A stretch of 64,000 bases of DNA. Origin: Bacteroidota bacterium. GTDB lineage: Bacteria > Bacteroidota > Bacteroidia > Chitinophagales > Chitinophagaceae. Made by a program: the position numbers and the translations under genes. Below the pieces are notes generated by a model. That model made no database searches. It was not told the origin of the DNA and worked only from the letters and a program-made list of their open reading frames with translations. The stretch covers positions 12,157 to 76,156 of the forward strand of contig JAFEAJ010000016.1 of assembly GCA_018266455.1 (NCBI GenBank), written 5' to 3'. Positions 57,114 to 64,000 of the stretch are shown piece by piece; within the stretch, counting starts at the first letter, position 1, and every line of letters starts with the position of its first letter.

Positions 57114-57899
57114 ATGCAAATTCCTGCCGGCAAAAAAATTTACTTTCTTTCAGACTTTCACCTCGGCGCCCCCGACCGGGAAATTAGCCTTGAACGGGAA
57201 AAAAAAATTGTTCAGTTTTTGGACGAAATACAAGAAAAAGCTGCAGAGGTTTTTATTGTTGGCGACCTGTTTGACTTTTGGTACGAATACAGAAAGGTGG
57301 TGCCGAAAGGCTATACGAGGATTTTGGGAAAACTTGCAGCGCTTACTGATAGTGGTATCCCTGTCCACTTTTTTGTTGGCAACCACGATATGTGGATGAA
57401 AGGATATTTCCAGGAAGAACTGAACATACCTGTTTATTTTGAGCCGAAAACTTTTGACAGGAACGGCCAGTCATTTTATATTGGCCACGGCGATGGCCTT
57501 GGGCCAGGGGACCATGGGTATAAATTCATGAAAAAAATTTTCAGGAACAAATTCTGCCAATGGCTTTTTGGTGTCCTTCCGCCTGCAGTTGGAGTAGGGC
57601 TTGCAAATTATTTGAGCAAAAAGAGCCGCGCCGTTACCGGTTTGGTCGATGAAGAATTCCTTGGCGAGGACAAAGAATGGCTGATAGCCTATTGCAAAGA
57701 AGTTTTGCAAAGAGAACATTTTGACTTTTTCATTTTTGGCCACCGGCACCTGCCCATCGATTTTTCATTGGGAAATGACACCCGCTATATTAATTTGGGC
57801 GACTGGATCCGTTATTATACCTATGCGGAGTTTGATGGGGAAAAGCTTGAGCTGACATCAAGATTGCCTGAACTGGAATATAAAATCGTTAGAAAATAA
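57114..57899 (+). CDS. lpxH: UDP-2,3-diacylglucosamine diphosphatase (LpxH-like calcineurin-like phosphoesterase)
   Basis: SDFHLG, GDLFDFW, GNHD, HGDG, GHRH, NLGDW. Confidence 0.85.
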   Translation: MQIPAGKKIYFLSDFHLGAPDREISLEREKKIVQFLDEIQEKAAEVFIVGDLFDFWYEYRKVVPKGYTRILGKLAALTDSGIPVHFFVGNHDMWMKGYFQEELNIPVYFEPKTFDRNGQSFYIGHGDGLGPGDHGYKFMKKIFRNKFCQWLFGVLPPAVGVGLANYLSKKSRAVTGLVDEEFLGEDKEWLIAYCKEVLQREHFDFFIFGHRHLPIDFSLGNDTRYINLGDWIRYYTYAEFDGEKLELTSRLPELEYKIVRK

Positions 57900-58708
57900 T
57901 GCGATTCATTTTGTTCATATCGTTTTTTCTTTTCTCCTTTTACTTTGCTCAAGCGCAAAGCGACACTTCTTTTTATTTGAGCAAAACCTTAGCAGGCGAT
58001 ATTGTTGATTTTAATGTTGATAATACCGGCAATATCTATCTGCTGAACAAAAATAACCAGCTTAAGAAATTAAATACCGATGGCGATTCAATTGCGGTTT
58101 ACAATGCTGTGAATACTTATGGAGATGTTTATTATATTGATGTTACCAACCCCCTTAAAGTGCTTTTGTACTATAAAGATTTTTCCACCATTGTGGAGGT
58201 TGACAGGCTCCTGAATATCCTGAACACCATTGATCTTCGTAACCTGAATATTTTGCAGGTAAAAGCAATTGGGCTGGCTTATGATAATAATATCTGGGTT
58301 TATGATGAGCTTAATGCCACCTTAAAACGCATACGTGATGACGGCTCGCTGGCAGACCAGACCACCGATTTCAGGCAGTTGTTCGATTCTGTTCCCGACC
58401 CTACTTTGGTCATTGATCAGGGCGGGCTGGTATATTTGTATGACATCAATAAAGGCGTTTATGTTTTTGACCATTATGGAAGCTTTAAAACCAAAGTTGC
58501 AATAATGGGCTGGCAGGATTTTACTGTGATCGATAAAAACCTGGTGGGAAGAGATGAGCTTTTTTTTTATAAATATCAACTGGGCGGGCAGGGGATCCGC
58601 CAACAGCCGGTACCAGCACCATATAGGAGCGCAATAAAAATTAAAATCATGCCTGCTGCAGTATATGTGCTCAAAAAAAATATGCTTCAGGTTTATTCCC
58701 ATCGCTAA
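57899..58708 (+). CDS. Secreted hypothetical protein, probable beta-propeller
   Basis: Signal peptide; repeated VDNTGNIYLL, YDNNIWVY and DQGGLVYLY blades; TAATG overlap with lpxH. Confidence 0.65.
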   Translation: MRFILFISFFLFSFYFAQAQSDTSFYLSKTLAGDIVDFNVDNTGNIYLLNKNNQLKKLNTDGDSIAVYNAVNTYGDVYYIDVTNPLKVLLYYKDFSTIVEVDRLLNILNTIDLRNLNILQVKAIGLAYDNNIWVYDELNATLKRIRDDGSLADQTTDFRQLFDSVPDPTLVIDQGGLVYLYDINKGVYVFDHYGSFKTKVAIMGWQDFTVIDKNLVGRDELFFYKYQLGGQGIRQQPVPAPYRSAIKIKIMPAAVYVLKKNMLQVYSHR

Positions 58709-58743
58709 AACAGTGCTTAATTTCACGTTATATACATTTGCTC

Positions 58744-59838
58744 ATGCATGATTTTTGGAACCAGGTTTTCTTTAGCAACCCCTTTAAAAAATATGTTGGC
58801 GTTGGCATTGCCATTTTGCTTGCGCTGATTTTAAAGCGGTTTCTTTCACGGTACATTGCAGGCCTGTTATTTCGGTTAGTGAAGAAAGCTTCTTCAGGAA
58901 TTGATAAAACCTCTTTTGTAAACCTTATTGCTGAGCCAATATCCATTTTTCTTTTTTTGGTTATTTCATTTGCTGCTATTGAAAAGCTTCATTTCCCCAA
59001 TGAGCTGGATTTTGACGTTTTTGAAGTGCCTGCGAAAACGATTTTGCGCAGCTTGTCTATAGCCATCATTATTATAGGGTTTATCTGGCTGCTGCTCCGC
59101 ATTATTGATTTTATATCCATGATACTTGCCCATAAGGCAAGCGAAACCGGCGATGTGCGCGATAACCAGCTTATTGTTTTTTTCCGTGATTTCTTAAAAG
59201 TGATCATCGCCATTATTGGTATTTTGATGACGCTGGCATTTGCTTTTAATGTGGAAGTGTCCAAACTTACCGCAGGGCTTGGGCTTGCCGGTGCTGCACT
59301 TGCCCTTGCTGCAAAGGAAAGCGTGGAGAACCTCATCGCTTCGTTCATCATTTTTTTCGACAAGCCTTTTACAGCAGGCGACGCAGTGAAAGTGCAGGGC
59401 ATTTCCGGAAATATCGAAAAAATCGGGTTGCGCAGCACGCGCATCCGAACGGACCTGAAAACTTATGTTACGGTTCCTAACAAGCAGATGGTCGATAGCA
59501 TTGTCGATAACCTGACCCGGAGAACACAGCGGAAAGCCGAGATGAGGCTGCAATTGAGCTTATCGGTCGCCCCGGCGACAATGGAAAAATTTGTAGTGGG
59601 CGCACGATCAATTTTAAAAAAAGAGGTGATCGTAAACCCATCGGTTTTTTTAAATGATATTGCCACCAATGCTTTTTTGGTGAATATCGATTATTTCACA
59701 TCTCCCATACCACTGGAAGATTTTAATAACCTGAAACAGCAGGTGAATGTGGAGATGATGCAACTGATGGAAAAATTGGGCATCCAGGTGGCCGGCGCAA
59801 GCACGGATGTAAATGTGGTCACGAAGTCGAACCAGTGA
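58744..59838 (+). CDS. Small-conductance mechanosensitive channel (MscS family)
   Basis: GLAGAALALAAKESVEN, DKPFTAGD, GNIEKIGLRSTRIRT, VPN; -7 box TACATTTG at 58733-58740. Confidence 0.92.
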   Translation: MHDFWNQVFFSNPFKKYVGVGIAILLALILKRFLSRYIAGLLFRLVKKASSGIDKTSFVNLIAEPISIFLFLVISFAAIEKLHFPNELDFDVFEVPAKTILRSLSIAIIIIGFIWLLLRIIDFISMILAHKASETGDVRDNQLIVFFRDFLKVIIAIIGILMTLAFAFNVEVSKLTAGLGLAGAALALAAKESVENLIASFIIFFDKPFTAGDAVKVQGISGNIEKIGLRSTRIRTDLKTYVTVPNKQMVDSIVDNLTRRTQRKAEMRLQLSLSVAPATMEKFVVGARSILKKEVIVNPSVFLNDIATNAFLVNIDYFTSPIPLEDFNNLKQQVNVEMMQLMEKLGIQVAGASTDVNVVTKSNQ

Positions 59839-59947
59839 TTTTTTTTGTTATTGCGCTGGCCGGTATCTTTAATTCAGCGCTTGTGTTGTTGGCGTTTCCT
59901 AACGCACCTTGCTATGCGCAATACCAATAATGGCTGAGCGCCATTGC

Positions 59948-60199
59948 TTATTTGTATTTGATTTTATAAAAAAGAATGATAGCCGAAAAAAGAAGAGTAA
60001 CCCCATTGGCCACAATGATAGGGATATTGGCTGTGAATAAACCATAGACCAGCCAAAGCAATGTGCCGAGGGTAAAAATACTGTACATATAAAGCGAAAT
60101 GCCTGATGTGTTTTTTGTCCTGATGGTATGGAGCGCCTGGGGTATGAACGAAAAAATTGTAAGAAAAGCAGCTGCCAGGCCAATGCTTGTAACAATCAT
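59948..60199 (-). CDS. SemiSWEET family sugar transporter
   Basis: 83 aa, 3 TM segments, FIPQA PQ-loop, TSGIS, PIIVANG. Confidence 0.9.
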   Translation of the reverse strand: MIVTSIGLAAAFLTIFSFIPQALHTIRTKNTSGISLYMYSIFTLGTLLWLVYGLFTANIPIIVANGVTLLFSAIILFYKIKYK

Positions 60200-60253
60200 A
60201 AACGTCTTTTCTGCAAAATAAAGGACTTTTTCCCTGCATAATCCTTTGCGCTA

Positions 60254-60353
60254 CTAAGAAGCTGTCAAAAAATGATTTCAAGAAGCTCATATAACAACAG
60301 TTCAGCTTTTCCAAAGCTTGCAATTGATTATAAATCGGGTAACCCTGAATGAG
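60254..60353 (+). repeat. Partial copy of the 51350-51512 repeat family
   Basis: About 84/100 identity by hand alignment to the reverse complement of about 51411-51510; opposite terminus missing. Confidence 0.78.
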
Positions 60354-60472
60354 TGTAGGGTTCCCCAAAATCCCGCCATTGAAAATTAGAGCTCCGTATA
60401 AATAACACTTTCGCAGGCACGGCCGTGTTGAAGGCAATGAAATTTCAAGGCATAGTAAAAAAATATTACAGG

Positions 60473-61675
60473 TCAGCGCACTACTGCAACCGATTTATGC
60501 GCTACTATATGATAAAGCTTTATGGTAAGTGCATGAAAAAGCATTTTCGCATGGGCGTTGCGCTCAATATAATAAGCAGCTTTGTCTAATTCGCCGATAA
60601 TGGCCTGCTGTTGGGAAACATCAGCAATTTTATTCAACCTCCGGGCAAAGTCTTTTTCATTTTCGGGTATGCTTATCCGTTGTTCGCCCATTATATTCAG
60701 CCTTATTGCCTGCTCCAGCAGATGGTTAAAATAGCGGAGAAATTGTTTTTGCTTCTCCCTTCCCAGCTTGCTCGCTTCGTCAATCCATTTCATTTGCGCA
60801 AGAGGCCCCGTTTTCAGGATGGCATTCAACCAGTCTCTTAAAAGGCTTTGCCAGTCTTCTTCAGCATTTTGCAATAAATGCAAAGCTTCACGGTAGTTCC
60901 CTTCGCTAATGGATGCGACCTGCCTGGCATTTTCAGGATTAACTTTAGCCCGCTCAATAAGCGCTTGTTCAATATCATCAATGCCAAGCTGTGGGATTTT
61001 TATTAATTGTGTTCTTGATAAAATTGTTGGTAAAATCAGCGATTCATTTTCGGCAACCAATATAAACAGTGTGTTGGGCGGGGGCTCTTCAATTAATTTT
61101 AATAGTTTATTTCCTTCATTGCCCAAATACTCGGGCATCCATAAGATCAGTACCTTATAAATGCTCTCAAAACTTTTCAGGCTCAGTTTCCTGATGATTT
61201 CGTTGCATTCATTAGCGGTAATATTTCCCTGCTTGTTTTCTGCACCAATAAATTGCAGCCAGTCATAACAATTGCCATAAGGAAATTTGGAAATAAATTC
61301 CCTCCATTCAGCAATATAATCTGTGCTCAAAGGCTTGTCTCCCGATTTTCGCGGAATGACGGGGTATGAAAAATGGATATCGGGGTGGATGAACTGCTGT
61401 GCCTTGATGCAAGAAGGGCAGGCGCCGCAGGCATCTGTTTGTGATTGTAAGTTCGAGGCTTGTGATTCATTCGATCCGAAAAGAGTTGGCCCTGGCATTT
61501 GTGCAGGAGAGGCTTTTTCGCATACTACATATTGTGCAAATGCAAGGGCTAAAGGCAATGCCCCGTTTCCTTCAGCCCCTAAAAAAAGCAAGGCATGGCT
61601 CAACCTGTTCTGTTGAACCATTTCCACAAGCTGATGTTTTGTTGCCTCCTGGGCAATCACATTTTTGAAAGGCAT
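60473..61675 (-). CDS. holB: DNA polymerase III subunit delta-prime
   Basis: RLSHALLF, CGACPSC, HPDIHF, LLKLIEEPP, TILSRTQ; start taken at MPFKNV. Confidence 0.9.
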   Translation of the reverse strand: MPFKNVIAQEATKHQLVEMVQQNRLSHALLFLGAEGNGALPLALAFAQYVVCEKASPAQMPGPTLFGSNESQASNLQSQTDACGACPSCIKAQQFIHPDIHFSYPVIPRKSGDKPLSTDYIAEWREFISKFPYGNCYDWLQFIGAENKQGNITANECNEIIRKLSLKSFESIYKVLILWMPEYLGNEGNKLLKLIEEPPPNTLFILVAENESLILPTILSRTQLIKIPQLGIDDIEQALIERAKVNPENARQVASISEGNYREALHLLQNAEEDWQSLLRDWLNAILKTGPLAQMKWIDEASKLGREKQKQFLRYFNHLLEQAIRLNIMGEQRISIPENEKDFARRLNKIADVSQQQAIIGELDKAAYYIERNAHAKMLFHALTIKLYHIVAHKSVAVVR

Positions 61676-61750
61676 CGGCAAATATAATGAATGTGAAAAT
61701 GGCTCAATGCCGCAATTGTGGCACTGAGCCATTCATTATGAAGTGGGCAA

Positions 61751-62266
61751 TTAGTTCAGGTATTTTGTTACCTCATCGCTTAATACGCTTGTCCGGTTGA
61801 ATATTACTGTAATCAGGTTCCCGTGTTCGTCCAGTAGAAATTTGGTAAAGTTCCATTTTATCGGGTCATGAAACCCTTTTTTCTCAGCTTCGTCAACAAG
61901 CCATTTGAATAAAGGGGCAATATCATCTCCTTTAACAGAAACCTTTTCTGCCATTGGGAAAGATACCCCGTAGTTCTTTTTACAGAATTCCTGGATCTCT
62001 CCGTTTGTTCCTGGCTCCTGGTGCCCGAAATTGTTAGCGGGAAAGCCTACAATCACCAGCTTGTCTTTATACTTCTCGTACAATTTTTCCAAGTCCGCAT
62101 ATTGGGGGGTATTGCCGCATTTTGAAGCAGTGTTCACGATCATGATTTTTTTTCCTTCGAATTTGGAAAAGTCAATCGTGCCTTTGCCATCAAGGGCTGG
62201 CACTTTAAAATCGTAAATGGTCATTGAGCTGACGAGCATCAATGAAAAAACAGCAGTGCGAATCAT
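61751..62266 (-). CDS. Glutathione peroxidase family (Cys-type)
   Basis: VNTASKCG (TGC codon), GFPANNFGHQEPG, WNFTKFL. Confidence 0.93.
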   Translation of the reverse strand: MIRTAVFSLMLVSSMTIYDFKVPALDGKGTIDFSKFEGKKIMIVNTASKCGNTPQYADLEKLYEKYKDKLVIVGFPANNFGHQEPGTNGEIQEFCKKNYGVSFPMAEKVSVKGDDIAPLFKWLVDEAEKKGFHDPIKWNFTKFLLDEHGNLITVIFNRTSVLSDEVTKYLN

Positions 62267-62397
62267 TGTAATGGATTTTGAGATGAATGTGTGTTTCCTG
62301 TTCTACAAATATCACTACAAAATGTTCAGGGCCTTAACAAATTAAAAGAAAACGATCAGAGAAAAATGAAAGGTATTGAAATTTAACGACAAAAAGG

Positions 62398-63795
62398 TCA
62401 TTGCTGCTTTTCATAACAACCCAAATCGGTTGCAGCGCCAATCAGCCTGGGATTCCCGTCCAGGTCGTATGCATAACCTGTTGCAATACCATAGTCAATC
62501 GCTGGTGAGCCGGTTTTTAGGTGAAAATCATAATATCTTTTCTGGTTGTTTACGCTGTCAAACATGGGATCAGTGCTTAGCATATTGGAAGCGGTGATAC
62601 CCGCAGGAATATTTTTTACCCGCCACAGGCAGTTGCTGAAATTAGCGACAAATGCATTGTTTCCTTGTTTTGAAACGGCTACTTCATTATCAACACTTCC
62701 TGAACTTCCCCAAAAAATACAGTTGCTGAAATGTGCGTTCATATCGGCAGTTAAGTTGCCAGTTGGGCCTGCTGTGTAATTGTTGATGTTCAATACGGGC
62801 CCGGTATGCAAAATATAATCGTTCGAATAGCTGGCTATGGTGCAATTGGTGAATGAATAGTTGCCCCCGTAGCTAAGCATTATATTTTTCCCGCAGTTGC
62901 TGATCAGGCAATTTTGGGCATTAATATTTGTTTGAGTGCCTGATATCCCTGCATCATAAATATTGTCGATTATACAATTGTTCAAGATCAGTTTGGGGTT
63001 TCCATTGATCGATAAATTTTCAGAGACAAGGCCCTGGTAAGCATTCCTGATAACTGCAAATGTCAAAACATTGTCCGTGCTGCTTTCCCTGAAATAAATG
63101 CCGGGCCAGGCTGCCGGAAAATCTTTGTAAGGCTCGTCGAGGCGGTCGCCTGAAAAATAAACCCTTGAGCTGTCAGTGCCCTGGACTTTTAAAGAACCGT
63201 CAACAATCAAAGGAGCGCCCGCATGGACATAAATTCTGCATCCCTTTTGTATTGTTAATGTATATCCTGAATCAATTTGAAGGCCGCCAAGAATAACATA
63301 AGGCAAATCATTTATCCACGTAGTGGTTGTTTGTATTTCTTTGCTTTTAAGGAAATGTGCGTTCTGCCCATAAGCCTGGAGCTGTATGAACTTTTGGTTG
63401 TTGTTATAAGAAACAAGAATGCTGTCCTGAAGAATAAATGGCAAGTTATTGTTGTTTGCATTTATTAAAACAGAAACGAAAACATAAATGCTGTCATTGG
63501 CCGATATTTCAATATTGTTCGCATCACTGGTATTGTTGCCATCGATATTTATTTTAAAGGCGGAGCTGTTCCCGCCCATCAACTTTACATCTTTGAGCAA
63601 AACCTTCTGGTTGTAAGGATTGATGATCTTGATGGATTGGGTGATGGAGCCTGTTGATACAAAAACGGTATCGAAGCGGACAGTATCTGTTGAAAAATTA
63701 ATTACGGCATCACTGCCGGTAATGAAAGAATCTTTTTTGCAGGAAAAAATGAAAAGCGATATCAATAATGATATCAACAGTAAAGATTTGTTCAT
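62398..63795 (-). CDS. Lipoprotein with Ig-like N-terminus and right-handed parallel beta-helix; function unknown
   Basis: Lipobox IFSC; FSTDTVRFDTVF; Asn-rich repeats (LNNCII, AQNCLISN, FTNCTIA, FSNCIFW); tail DLDGNPR..DLGCYE. Confidence 0.72.
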   Translation of the reverse strand: MNKSLLLISLLISLFIFSCKKDSFITGSDAVINFSTDTVRFDTVFVSTGSITQSIKIINPYNQKVLLKDVKLMGGNSSAFKINIDGNNTSDANNIEISANDSIYVFVSVLINANNNNLPFILQDSILVSYNNNQKFIQLQAYGQNAHFLKSKEIQTTTTWINDLPYVILGGLQIDSGYTLTIQKGCRIYVHAGAPLIVDGSLKVQGTDSSRVYFSGDRLDEPYKDFPAAWPGIYFRESSTDNVLTFAVIRNAYQGLVSENLSINGNPKLILNNCIIDNIYDAGISGTQTNINAQNCLISNCGKNIMLSYGGNYSFTNCTIASYSNDYILHTGPVLNINNYTAGPTGNLTADMNAHFSNCIFWGSSGSVDNEVAVSKQGNNAFVANFSNCLWRVKNIPAGITASNMLSTDPMFDSVNNQKRYYDFHLKTGSPAIDYGIATGYAYDLDGNPRLIGAATDLGCYEKQQ

Positions 63796-63886
63796 TGGTT
63801 AAAAATACAAACTGGTAACAGTTTATTCTATAACGGCATTTGAGTGCTAAAGTTGTTTTGCCCGGGAAATTTGAATGTGCCTGATT

Positions 63887-64000
63887 TTATATTAAAGTAT
63901 AAGCAAGAGCGGCAATGCTGATTTTGGCATACTGGGCTTTCATCAGCTCCATGGCGCAAGCTTCAAGCGTGGCCCCAGTCGTCACAATGTCATCAACTAA
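63887..64000 (-). CDS. comF: ComF family phosphoribosyltransferase-like protein, C-terminal fragment (5' end outside the window)
   Basis: Manual translation LVDDIVTTGATLEACAMELMKAQYAKISIAALAYTLI* contains the PRPP-binding motif. Confidence 0.8.
   Translation of the reverse strand, partial: LVDDIVTTGATLEACAMELMKAQYAKISIAALAYTLI

Noticed and set aside
59964-60437. 157-aa minus-strand ORF
   Set aside because: Runs through the repeat copy and out of frame across SemiSWEET
61751-62266. Possible selenocysteine in the glutathione peroxidase
   Set aside because: The active-site codon is TGC (Cys)
1-64000. CRISPR arrays, tRNA/rRNA/tmRNA/RNase P genes, prophage, defence systems, intact transposases
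   Set aside because: No regularly spaced direct repeats, hallmark RNA motifs or matching ORFs seen by eye; a cmscan run would be needed to exclude small RNAs fully

Overview
A gene-dense 64 kb chromosomal segment from a Bacteroidota bacterium. Chitinophagales is likely; this is inferred from the SusC/SusD pair, TAnnTTTG promoter boxes and gene repertoire. It holds about 57 CDS, two of them cut by the window edges. I saw no rRNA, tRNA, CRISPR array, prophage or intact transposase. Main blocks: (1) a sialic acid utilisation locus (kelch NanM-like epimerase, nanA, GH33 sialidase, SusD, SusC, divergent FadR/GntR regulator). (2) A clade II (Sec-type) N2O reductase island: cytochrome c, nosZ, fasciclin lipoprotein, nosB, nosL, nosD, nosF, nosY and a group III truncated haemoglobin. 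It is divergent from a Crp/Fnr regulator and a His-rich membrane protein. (3) A TetR-TolC-MFP-RND efflux operon. (4) Mostly housekeeping genes (ricT, serC, DUF1015, acyl-CoA ligase, SDR plus GH63, tsaB, bcp, birA, rsfS, ftsH, lpxH, mscS, holB, gpx, comF). The best leads are: two perfect TATGA-N6-TCATA palindromes in the Crp/nos promoter region; an A11 run where one extra A would fuse nosB and nosL into a single 340-aa ORF; a dispersed palindromic MITE/REP-like repeat with three copies; a frameshifted outer-membrane beta-barrel remnant; and serC paired with a ParB-fold DUF1015 gene without serA. All protein identifications come from motif recognition by eye; no database searches were run.
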